This document shows, in pieces, positions 44,197 to 52,678 of a stretch of 64,000 bases of DNA (the stretch's first letter is position 1; each line of letters begins with the position of its first letter). The notes under the pieces are model-generated. The model made no database searches. It was not told where the DNA came from and was given only the letters and a program-made list of their open reading frames with translations. Both the position numbers and the translations under genes were made by a program. The DNA comes from Candidatus Thermodiscus eudorianus (GTDB lineage: Archaea; Thermoproteota; Thermoprotei_A; Sulfolobales; Acidilobaceae): the NCBI GenBank assembly GCA_015521085.1, contig WAOW01000003.1:31904-95903 (forward strand), in the 5' to 3' direction.

Positions 44197-45483
44197 GTGT
44201 ACCCGGGCATGGCCAGGTATATAGAGGAGTTGACCCCTATACCCGAGGCCCTCAAGCTCCTCAAGCGCAGGGTCAGTAGGCTATCCGAGTGGAGTCAGAT
44301 GCCGGTGTGGGAGGGCCAGGGCCTCGTGTTGGCTAGAGACGTAGTCATGCCCCACGATCACCCTCCAAAGCCCAAGTCAGCCTACGACGGCTACGCGGTC
44401 AGGAGTGTTGACACACCTGGAGAGTTGGAGGTCGTCGGGGAGGCCCCTATCGGTGTCACGGATACGGGCTTGAGGGTTGAGAGGGGCCAGGCGGTATATG
44501 TCACCACCGGCGCCTACCTACCCGATGGGGCCGACGCCGTCGTGCCCGAGGAGTATGTTGAGAGGGTGGGCGATAAGATAAGGGTTGGGGAGAGGTATGA
44601 GAAGTGGGCTAACGTCGACCCGCCAGGCGTCTATGTTAGGAAGGGGGATGTAGTTCTGAGGGAGGGGACCCTCCTGACGGCTATGGACGTGGTGGCGCTG
44701 CTGGACGTGGGGGTGACGACCGCGCTCTTCTACCGTCCCCTCCGCGTCGCGATTATAGAGACTGGTAACGAGCTCTTCAAGCCCTCTGACCCCGAGGAGA
44801 CGCGCCGGAAAGTCCTCAAGGGGCTCGTGGTCGCGACCACCGGGGACCTCCTGGCCTGGTTCATAAACGAGTACCTAAGCTGGGTCGAGGTAGTCGACCT
44901 GGTCACGCTGCCAGACAACCTTGAGACCCTCGTATGGTATATAGGGAGGCTCCTCGACAGGGTCGACGTCGTCCTGATATCGGGCGGGACGGGGCCCAGC
45001 GAGATCGACCTATTCTATAGGCTCCCGGAGGCGCTCGGCGGGGAGCTCGTGTTCAGGGGGTTGTTCGTGAAGGGTGGCAGGCCTACCAGCGCCGTGGTCG
45101 TGGACGGGAAGCCGGTCATCGGCCTCTCGGGCTACCCCCTGAGCGCGCTACACGGCTTCATACGCCTCGTCTACCCCCTACTAGCCTACATGGCGAACCT
45201 GAGGGTCCCTCCGCCGATACCCTTCTACTGGGCCGAGCTGACCAGGCCCCTCTCGATAAAGAGGCCGAGGCCCATCAAGGTCAAGCTCGGAGTCGGGGAG
45301 GGAGGGACCCTCACGGCGACTCCCCTGGAGAGGAAGATGCAGCACAGCAGCGCGACCATCGCCTTGACCATGGCCGATGGCCTGGCCCTAACCGAGAAGG
45401 GCGAGTATAGCCCCGGGGATAGGGTGCTGGTGTTGGCCTATAGGCTCCCTCCGGGCTTCCACGAGCCTTCCATTAACTTTTAA
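44197..45483 (+). CDS. moeA: molybdopterin molybdenum/tungsten transferase MoeA
   Basis: 428 aa with SAYDGYAV, RKGDVVLREGTLL, IETGNEL and ISGGTGPSEIDL. Confidence 0.85.
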   Translation: MYPGMARYIEELTPIPEALKLLKRRVSRLSEWSQMPVWEGQGLVLARDVVMPHDHPPKPKSAYDGYAVRSVDTPGELEVVGEAPIGVTDTGLRVERGQAVYVTTGAYLPDGADAVVPEEYVERVGDKIRVGERYEKWANVDPPGVYVRKGDVVLREGTLLTAMDVVALLDVGVTTALFYRPLRVAIIETGNELFKPSDPEETRRKVLKGLVVATTGDLLAWFINEYLSWVEVVDLVTLPDNLETLVWYIGRLLDRVDVVLISGGTGPSEIDLFYRLPEALGGELVFRGLFVKGGRPTSAVVVDGKPVIGLSGYPLSALHGFIRLVYPLLAYMANLRVPPPIPFYWAELTRPLSIKRPRPIKVKLGVGEGGTLTATPLERKMQHSSATIALTMADGLALTEKGEYSPGDRVLVLAYRLPPGFHEPSINF

Positions 45484-45486
45484 GCC

Positions 45487-46200
45487 GTGATGGCCGACTC
45501 TATCCTGGTGAAGACCGGATTGGCGAGGGTCCCCGTCAAGCTGGTGTCCTGGAGCGAGATAGTGGAGTGGAGCAGAGGGCTCGCCGGCAAGATCGAGGCC
45601 TCCGGTTATAGGCCGGACGTCATAGTGGCCGTGGCCCGCGGCGGCTATGTCCCGGCCAGGCTACTGGCGGATTTCCTCGATGTAACTAACATGCTCAGCG
45701 TGCAGAGCCAGCACTGGGTTGAGGCTGCCAAGGCAGCTGAGAGGGCCATCCTAAAGTATCCCTATAAGGTTGACCTAGAGGGCGGGAAGGTATTACTAGT
45801 CGATGACATAGTTGATACCGGCGAGACCCTCCTACTCGCGAGGGACTTCATCGAGAAGGAGTGGAATCCCGGGGACCTGAGGATAGCGGCTCTACAATGG
45901 ATCAGCCCCGTCGCCAAGTTCGAGCCCGACTACTACTACCTGGAGGTCAAGGAGTGGACATGGTTCCAGTACCCCTGGACCAGGCTGGAGGACGTGCAGC
46001 AGTTTATAGAGAGGATATTCAAGGAGGATGAGAGGGCCAAGCAGGGCCTGGCCCTGGAAGAGCTAGCAAGCCTCTTCAGGGAATGGTACGGCGTCGACCC
46101 CGGGGATCTGGGGTTCTACTGGGACCTGGCCGTCGAGAGGCTACTCGCCAAGGGGGTGCTGGCTAGGGAGGATGGTAGGCTGGTATATCGTGGAGGCTAG
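45487..46200 (+). CDS. purine phosphoribosyltransferase-type protein with a C-terminal extension
   Basis: 237 aa with VIVAVARGGYVPARLLADFL and the PRPP loop VLLVDDIVDTGETL. Confidence 0.75.
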   Translation: MMADSILVKTGLARVPVKLVSWSEIVEWSRGLAGKIEASGYRPDVIVAVARGGYVPARLLADFLDVTNMLSVQSQHWVEAAKAAERAILKYPYKVDLEGGKVLLVDDIVDTGETLLLARDFIEKEWNPGDLRIAALQWISPVAKFEPDYYYLEVKEWTWFQYPWTRLEDVQQFIERIFKEDERAKQGLALEELASLFREWYGVDPGDLGFYWDLAVERLLAKGVLAREDGRLVYRGG

Positions 46201-47573
46201 TAGCTGAGGTTCTTGATCCTTATGTCGAACACGTCCCTCTCCCTGCTCCAGGCCGCCAGTATGCAGGTCCTCCCGGAGAGCGTGCTGGATAGCTCGCTGT
46301 AGAGCTTCTCCATTCCGTCCGCATAGGTCTCGGCTGGTATCTGGAGTGGGGCGAGTCCCCACCGTATCCTGAGGCGTCTCTCCAGCTTCTCACCGGGGAC
46401 CCCCACGTATATCGGCGTCTTGGGCTTGAAGCTGGCTAGGCGGTTGGGTAGTCGTCCGCCCATGGAGTAGACTAGTAGGGGCGCGTTTATGCTCTCGGCT
46501 AGTTCCACTAGGCCTAGGGCTAGTGCCTCTGGCTTGCTGGTGCTCGCCGGCCTGGGGGGCTGGGTGTTTTCGTAGGCTCTCTGGCTCGCCTTCCTGGCCC
46601 ACTCCACCGCCTCGACAGGGTGCTTGCCTATTGCGGTCTCAGAGGTTAGTAGTAGCGCGTCCGCCCCCTCTTTGACGGCTTGGAATATGTCTGTTATCTC
46701 GCTCCGGGTCGGGGTGGGCCTCTCAACCATGCTGGTCAGGAGTTCGGTCGCCACTATCACGGGCTTTTTCATGGCAACGCCTGTCAGGGCGAGGTCGCCC
46801 TGCACTATTGGCATCTCCTCCAGGGGGTAGTGCATGCCCAGGTCTCCACGGGCTATGACTATCCCGTCGGCCGCCCCCGTTATCTCCTCCGCGTTCCTCA
46901 CGCCCCCGGGCGACTCTATCTTTGCAATGACCTGCACGTCGTCGACTCCATGCTCCCGTAGCTTGGACCTTAGAACCCTTATGTTGCTACCGCTCCGGAC
47001 ATAGCTCATCATCACGTGGCTGAAGGGCTTATCACTCATAAACCGTATAGCCTCCTCGTCATGCCCTGTGACCGGGGGGAGGGGGAGATCCTTTCCCCTG
47101 ACAGCGACCCCCATGCCGGGCTTTACAACCCCGCTAGCCCCGGCTAGGAGTATGGCCCTCTCGTCTCTAGCCTCCTCCACAGTGAACCAGAGCACCCCGT
47201 CCCCGAGGATCACCACATCGCCAGCCTCTAACACCTTGAAGACCGCGGGGTCTGTGACCGGTATGCAGTCGCGGCCCCCGCTACACAGGACTACACGGTC
47301 TCCCTCCGCCACGGCCACCGGGCTGGCGTCGTGGGCTATCCTGACCCTGGGGCCCTCCAAGTCTATGATCAGAGCCGTCTTAACTCCTAGGCGCTCCTCG
47401 GCGTCTAGGACGGCTTCTAGTAGCTCTTCCCAGAGCCTGGGGTCTCCGTGGCTCGTGTTTATCCTGAACCCCCAGGCCCCCGCCCTAATCATCTCCCTGA
47501 CAGTCTCGGGGTCCCGGGAGCTCGGGCCCAGGGTTGCTATTATCTTGACCGGCGTCCAGTCCGGGTAGGCCAA
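46197..47573 (-). CDS. pyk: pyruvate kinase
   Basis: 458 aa with KIIATLGPSS, FRINTSHG, KIESPGGV, IVIARGDLGM and ATELLTSM. Confidence 0.9.
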   Translation of the reverse strand: MAYPDWTPVKIIATLGPSSRDPETVREMIRAGAWGFRINTSHGDPRLWEELLEAVLDAEERLGVKTALIIDLEGPRVRIAHDASPVAVAEGDRVVLCSGGRDCIPVTDPAVFKVLEAGDVVILGDGVLWFTVEEARDERAILLAGASGVVKPGMGVAVRGKDLPLPPVTGHDEEAIRFMSDKPFSHVMMSYVRSGSNIRVLRSKLREHGVDDVQVIAKIESPGGVRNAEEITGAADGIVIARGDLGMHYPLEEMPIVQGDLALTGVAMKKPVIVATELLTSMVERPTPTRSEITDIFQAVKEGADALLLTSETAIGKHPVEAVEWARKASQRAYENTQPPRPASTSKPEALALGLVELAESINAPLLVYSMGGRLPNRLASFKPKTPIYVGVPGEKLERRLRIRWGLAPLQIPAETYADGMEKLYSELSSTLSGRTCILAAWSRERDVFDIRIKNLSY

Positions 47574-47586
47574 GACGCGTCCACCG

Positions 47587-48195
47587 CTAGATCTGGAAGC
47601 CGGCGTCGCGCAGCCTCCTCAGTATGACCTTCTCGTCGGGGAATAGGCTCGCCGCCTCCAGGAGCTTGCCCTTGTCGACTTTTAGCTTCCCCTTCTTGGC
47701 TAGCCTGGCTAGCTCCTTGAGCCTCTCGATATCGCTCGACCGTCCAGCGTTCGCTTTGAGCACTATATGGTCCTCAACGAGGACCATCTTAACCCTAACC
47801 CCCGCGATATTGACCCTCACGCTCCTCTGCAGTATCTCCTCGGGCACGTTGAAGTCGAACAAGTTATCATAGAACTCCACGGGGAACTCCTCCTCCAAGC
47901 GGGCTATCAAGGCGGGGGTGCCGAGCCACGTCTGCCCGACACCCCAACCCAGCTCCTCCGCGACCCCATAATACTCCTCCTCTAAGAACACGTTGGGCTC
48001 CTCCGCGAACAAGTCGATATCAGGGCCCAGGTCCCTGGAGCCGAGGGCTACCTCCACAACACTACCCCCGATGACAGTGAACTGGAAACCATGATCCAAC
48101 AACAAGCGCAAAGCCCTAGCGAACGACTGCCTCGAAACCACCAGCCAACCACCACAGACAACTAACAGGACAAGTAAAACCCTAATATCCTCCAT
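47587..48195 (-). CDS. nucleotidyltransferase-fold protein
   Basis: IGGSVVEVALGSRDLGPDIDLF is the NTase signature. I placed the start at the ATG at 48195. The longer track ORF (to 48288) would run through the tRNA gene. Confidence 0.55.
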   Translation of the reverse strand: MEDIRVLLVLLVVCGGWLVVSRQSFARALRLLLDHGFQFTVIGGSVVEVALGSRDLGPDIDLFAEEPNVFLEEEYYGVAEELGWGVGQTWLGTPALIARLEEEFPVEFYDNLFDFNVPEEILQRSVRVNIAGVRVKMVLVEDHIVLKANAGRSSDIERLKELARLAKKGKLKVDKGKLLEAASLFPDEKVILRRLRDAGFQI

Positions 48196-48221
48196 GCACA
48201 AGAACCAACTAAAACACGGAA

Positions 48222-48345
48222 GCCGGGGTGGCCGAGCGGACCAAGGCGGCGGGCTCGAGTTCGGTGGCGGTGTTTCCCGCCGCCTCAAGGGAGACCCGTT
48301 GCCCCGAGGAGGGGCGCGCGGGTTCGAATCCCGCCCCCGGCGCCA
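48222..48345 (+). tRNA. tRNA-Ser (anticodon CGA) with a 34-nt intron at 48260..48293 after position 37; CCA encoded
   Basis: Hand fold: acceptor GCCGGGG/CCCCGGC, 3-bp D stem, anticodon stem GCGGG/CCCGT, loop CU-CGA-G[intron]A, long variable arm GCCCC-GAGGA-GGGGC, T arm GCGGG-TTCGAAT-CCCGC. Confidence 0.85.
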
Positions 48346-48475
48346 GTATTTACCTCTGTATCTCGTCTTCTAGCTCGGATTACTTATATGATTGATTTTA
48401 TTAAATAATTGGGGAAATCTGGGTTGGTGAATAAAGAATATATAGCTGGTTAAGTTTGAATTATATTATCTTGGT

Positions 48476-50083
48476 GTGCCCCTCGTGTCTAAGGGGGTTA
48501 CCGCTGTAGTCGTCCTACTGGTGCTCGTTCTAGTCCCGGTGTCTACTCTAGCAGCGACTACTTACGTGAATAGGTGGAGCGATAGGCCGAAACTCTACGG
48601 TGCGTATACGGTCGACTATCTTTACGGTGGGGCTGGGTATGGGGCTAGCGTGTTTAGCGTTGGACGCTTCTTCTACTCCACTGGGGGCATTTATATAGGG
48701 GTTGTATTCAAGCACGACTCTAGTGGAAACAAGTTAGCAGAGAATAGTCTATACCTTCCCTCGGCGAATGTGAGTTTCCGGGACGCCGAGGTTAACACTG
48801 TCAACAATAGAGTATATGTCGTTGGCTACACTTGTAACTCCGTCAACTGTGCTGGCCTAGCCAAGAACTACACTGTATCCGATCTCTCCACGGGTAACAT
48901 ATACTACTGGTTCAACATCAGCGCGGATGTGGACATAGCGTTTTACGGGGCCTGCTCTGATGGAGCTGGAAACGTCTACTTCGTGGGGGAACTAATTAAC
49001 AGGACCATGACCCCGATACAGCATAACATGGTCATCTACTCCTTCGACCAACTATGGAATCCCAGGTGGGCCAAGTCCTATAGTGGCAGCTATAACCTAA
49101 CCGGGTGGGACTGCGTAGTAGCCCAGGACGGGTATCTCTACGTGACAGCCACCGATATCTGGTACTATAGAGGCGTGAATTACCCCGTCTACATTTATGT
49201 CGTCAAGATAAACCCGGCCTCCGGGGATCCCCTCAGCAGTAGCGGGGCGGTAGCATACAACTCCCAAGGCTATGCCAACCGCTATAGCCTCTCCTACGTC
49301 GGTATCAGTGCAACGAGCAGCGAGGTAGTGGTGGCCTTCTCCTACACGGACGAGCTACCCGACCCTACGAATCCCAGTGTCGGGGCTTCGATCGCGGGCT
49401 TCGACTATACACCCTCCATGACGTGGAGGAAGAATGTTACAACTAGTAGCGACGAGGTGTTCGAGAATGTAGCGGCCGGGAGTAATGGAGAGGTCGTGGC
49501 GGGCGGCTATACCTACAACAACTACGGCACAAGCCTATCTACAACCCGCAGAAACGCATTCCTCATCCTACTGGATGCAAGTCATGTCCTGGAGAAGGCC
49601 ATTCTAGCAGGCGACACACGGGGCCTATACAATACAATCGCATACGGTGTACTAGTCGATGGTGGCGGTAACGTTTATTGGACGGGCTATGCTGGAGACG
49701 ATGACGCCTACACGGCATATTACGACGTAACCAGCGAGGTGCAAGTCCAGGGCACACCTCTCGCTGAACCCCAAGCCTATAACAGTGACGACTCCATAAA
49801 GCTACCCGACTATGTCGTCCAGGGAAGCCGGGAAATCACGGCTAGGGACCTAGGTAGGACGGGCATCGGCGAGGCCAGGACGCCCGGTAAGATACCCGTT
49901 TCCGGGTTCGGTGTGGAAGCTACTCCAGGGGGAGAGAGTACAGGCCTCATCGCGGCTACCAGCGAAACTGTCAGCAGCCCCTCTCCATCTCCTGTGCCCG
50001 TGCCTGAGCCTGCTTTAGGCGTCATTGTAGCTACCGTAGCGCTACTAACGTACTTGCTCTACAAGAGTAGACGCGCACACTAG
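48476..50083 (+). CDS. secreted protein with an N-terminal signal/anchor and a C-terminal Ser/Pro linker + PEP-like motif + TM + basic tail
   Basis: 535 aa. N-terminal VVVLLVLVLVPVSTLAA, a Tyr/Gly/Asn-rich repetitive beta-type body, and a C-terminal SSPSPSPVPVPEPALGVIVATVALLTYLLYKSRRAH. Confidence 0.6.
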   Translation: MPLVSKGVTAVVVLLVLVLVPVSTLAATTYVNRWSDRPKLYGAYTVDYLYGGAGYGASVFSVGRFFYSTGGIYIGVVFKHDSSGNKLAENSLYLPSANVSFRDAEVNTVNNRVYVVGYTCNSVNCAGLAKNYTVSDLSTGNIYYWFNISADVDIAFYGACSDGAGNVYFVGELINRTMTPIQHNMVIYSFDQLWNPRWAKSYSGSYNLTGWDCVVAQDGYLYVTATDIWYYRGVNYPVYIYVVKINPASGDPLSSSGAVAYNSQGYANRYSLSYVGISATSSEVVVAFSYTDELPDPTNPSVGASIAGFDYTPSMTWRKNVTTSSDEVFENVAAGSNGEVVAGGYTYNNYGTSLSTTRRNAFLILLDASHVLEKAILAGDTRGLYNTIAYGVLVDGGGNVYWTGYAGDDDAYTAYYDVTSEVQVQGTPLAEPQAYNSDDSIKLPDYVVQGSREITARDLGRTGIGEARTPGKIPVSGFGVEATPGGESTGLIAATSETVSSPSPSPVPVPEPALGVIVATVALLTYLLYKSRRAH

Positions 50084-50132
50084 GTATAATTCGATAACCT
50101 CTCTAATTCTCCGCCAAGTAGAGCCTGGGTTC

Positions 50133-51395
50133 TCAGTCTAGTCTTATCTCTTCCATGTTACTGGGGGTCTGGACCTCGACGTCCAGCACATCTTCGATCG
50201 CTTGTCGTAGGTCGTTCTGGTTCTCCTCGTCCCCGTGCACTAGGATGACCCTCTCTAGGCCCCGTATGCCCTCTAGCACCCTGAGTATGCCGTTCCTATC
50301 GGTGTGGCTTGAGAAGTCGAACCACTGTACCCTGGCCTTTACCGGTATCTCCTCGGGGCCGTAGGTGCCTGTTTCGAGTATCTGCCTTCCCGGCGTCCCG
50401 TCGGCTTGATAGCTCACCATGAATATCGCGTTCCTGTCGTCGCCAGCCATCTTTTTCAGGTAGTAGAGGCTCGGCCCGCCCTTCAGCATGCCCGCGCTGG
50501 CTATTATCACACCGGGCTTCTTGTAGGCCCTCCTCCTGTCCTGCCATCCCCTGACCATGTTGAACATTGAGGCGGCCTTCGCCATTAGCTTGTGGTCCCT
50601 CACGTACTCCCCGTGGGCCAGGTATAGCTCGGTGACCTGCCTGATCATGCCGTCAACCCACACCGGGTACTCGAAGTCCCTCTCGGCTAGCAGACACATT
50701 ATCTCCTGGCCCCTTGAAACGCTGAACGACGGTACTAGGACCGTTCCTCCCCTCTTTACCACCTCAAGGATCGACTCGTAGAAGAGCTTCTCGGTCTCCT
50801 CGCGCGGCGGGTGGGTTGTGGAGCCATAGGTGGATTCTATGATGACTGTATCGGCTTCTACGCCCGCTAGGTCGGCTGGGTTCATGAGCTTGGTCATGAT
50901 CGTGTTCATGTCGCTAGTGTATAGTATCTTGTGCCCGTCCACCTCAACCCACACGGCGGCACTCCCGGGTATGTGGCCATTGTAGAGTAGCTTGAAGGCG
51001 AAGGGGCCCTTCTCTACCTCCTCACCGTACCTCAGGGATCTCCCGGTCTTGAGCATGTCCTCGACGCTGGCCTCGTCGTATGGCAGGTGTGGTCCGTTGA
51101 GCTTTATCATATCGTAGAGTAGGAGTTTTGACACGTCGAAGGTCAGGGGGGTGGCGTATACCTCTGGGAAGACTGATATGTATAGGCTTGGGGCCGCCCC
51201 TATATGGTCTAGGTGGCTGTGGGTTAGTACTAGTGCTTCGAGGTCCCTGGGCCTGACGTGGGCCGGGAAGACTGGCCTGTCTTCCTCGTCGAAGTTCGTG
51301 CCGTAGTCCATTAGGAGCATTCGCCCGTCTGCCTTCACGGCTATCGCGGCTCTGCCCACCTCTCTGCCGCTGCCGAGTATCTGGATGCTGGCCAT
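50133..51395 (-). CDS. MBL/beta-CASP RNA-metabolising nuclease (aCPSF2-like)
   Basis: 420 aa with LTHSHLDHIGAAP, beta-CASP motifs (ESTYG; ...GMLKGG...) and a C-terminal HGD. Confidence 0.8.
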   Translation of the reverse strand: MASIQILGSGREVGRAAIAVKADGRMLLMDYGTNFDEEDRPVFPAHVRPRDLEALVLTHSHLDHIGAAPSLYISVFPEVYATPLTFDVSKLLLYDMIKLNGPHLPYDEASVEDMLKTGRSLRYGEEVEKGPFAFKLLYNGHIPGSAAVWVEVDGHKILYTSDMNTIMTKLMNPADLAGVEADTVIIESTYGSTTHPPREETEKLFYESILEVVKRGGTVLVPSFSVSRGQEIMCLLAERDFEYPVWVDGMIRQVTELYLAHGEYVRDHKLMAKAASMFNMVRGWQDRRRAYKKPGVIIASAGMLKGGPSLYYLKKMAGDDRNAIFMVSYQADGTPGRQILETGTYGPEEIPVKARVQWFDFSSHTDRNGILRVLEGIRGLERVILVHGDEENQNDLRQAIEDVLDVEVQTPSNMEEIRLD

Positions 51396-51529
51396 TTGCC
51401 TCTACACCTTTCTTGTCTTCTCGTGGTCTCCCTTGGTCCCTGTGGGTCCCGTATAGACTAGGTGCTGTACATGTAGCCCTAATATAAAGCCACGTCCCGG
51501 GATAATAAAATAAATAAAAATTCTACTAG

Positions 51530-52186
51530 CTATATAATTAACCCGGGCTCTCTACCCCCCTCGGACCCATAGACGAGGCCTATAATCTTCTCAGCCACCT
51601 CGCGATCTATACCCGCATCCACGAGGTTCTGCAAGGCCCTCTCACGGGTGACACCCTGCCTATACCAAGCGGCCACCAGGTTTGCTAGCGATACGAAGGA
51701 CTCCTCTATTATCTTCCTCTTCAGCCCAGCCGGGAGGACCGACACTAGATACGTGTACCCCAGTATCAGCGATGCCAGTGCCTCCTCGAACTCGGCCTTC
51801 GACAGGCTTTTCTTGTCCAAGTCGACCGCTATCGCTATCTCGTGGCCCTCACCGAAGATATAGTATTTGGCCAGGGGTAGCTTCGAGATGTCTAGGAGGA
51901 GCCTGTAGAGCGCCAGCTTCTCCTCAGGCCCCAGATCTATAGTGTCAAGGCCCGTCTCTATAACTATCCTGAGAGTCTTGATCTTATAGTCGGGGTTCTC
52001 CAAGTCCAGAACAAGCAAGTTCACCGGGACCTTTGGATGACTCACACGCAGCATCTTGAGCTTGCCATCCTCGACACGCTCATCTATAACCTGCCATCTC
52101 AGGTCGACGAAGGTCTCCGGCTCGTCGACACCCTCCACGAGCCACTTCTTAACGTCCTCAAGAGTAGTCAGTTTCTCGCCCGGCAA
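51530..52186 (-). CDS. hypothetical protein (possibly a YbjN-like fold)
   Basis: 218-aa ORF with coding-like composition. No firm motif. Confidence 0.4.
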   Translation of the reverse strand: MPGEKLTTLEDVKKWLVEGVDEPETFVDLRWQVIDERVEDGKLKMLRVSHPKVPVNLLVLDLENPDYKIKTLRIVIETGLDTIDLGPEEKLALYRLLLDISKLPLAKYYIFGEGHEIAIAVDLDKKSLSKAEFEEALASLILGYTYLVSVLPAGLKRKIIEESFVSLANLVAAWYRQGVTRERALQNLVDAGIDREVAEKIIGLVYGSEGGREPGLII

Positions 52187-52246
52187 TGGAACAACACCAC
52201 GACACGCCTGGCGTCGTTACTATCTATGGGTCCGCCACGCTAATAA

Positions 52247-52291
52247 GTCGAACCCCTCCAGGCGAGACACGCTCGACCTAGAGGGTTCGAC
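52247..52291. promoter_or_regulatory. imperfect 11/12-bp inverted repeat GTCGAACCCCTC ... GAGGGTTCGAC with a 22-nt spacer in a divergent intergenic region
   Basis: Read directly from the sequence. Confidence 0.35.
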
Positions 52292-52372
52292 CACGCCCTT
52301 CCATAACAAGCTCGATCGACACTAACATTATTTAAACAGCCATCAAATTAATAATTTAAGTGGTGCCCGGCC

Positions 52373-52675
52373 GTGAAGGAGATCTCCTGGGGCAAGGCTT
52401 TCGTCTACGCTCTAAAGTTCGCTGTCCTCTCCCTGGTATGGCTACTGGTTGGCGGCATCCTAATGGTCGCCGGGATCGTGATGGTCACCGGTGGAAACGC
52501 TCCTATCCCCTCATTACTCGATAACCACCAGTTTGAAACCCATGCCTCGTCGCTTGCAACCGCGGCAACCGGTGCAATACTAGTGATTGTAGGGTATCTG
52601 ACAGCTGTACTAGGCTCGATCGCAACATACTTCAAGCTAGTATCCCGGCTAATAGTGGAAACCGGCAAAGACTAA
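52373..52675 (+). CDS. hypothetical membrane protein (about 3 TM)
   Basis: 100 aa with hydrophobic segments FAVLSLVWLLVGGILMVAGIVMV and ATGAILVIVGYLTAVLGSIATYF. Confidence 0.45.
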   Translation: MKEISWGKAFVYALKFAVLSLVWLLVGGILMVAGIVMVTGGNAPIPSLLDNHQFETHASSLATAATGAILVIVGYLTAVLGSIATYFKLVSRLIVETGKD

Positions 52676-52678
52676 CAC

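Noticed and set aside
48196-48288. N-terminal extension of the NTase ORF (MRRRETPPPNSSPPPWSARPP...)
   Set aside because: It runs antisense through the tRNA-Ser gene and is Pro/Arg-rich. An internal ATG at 48195 gives a sensible protein.
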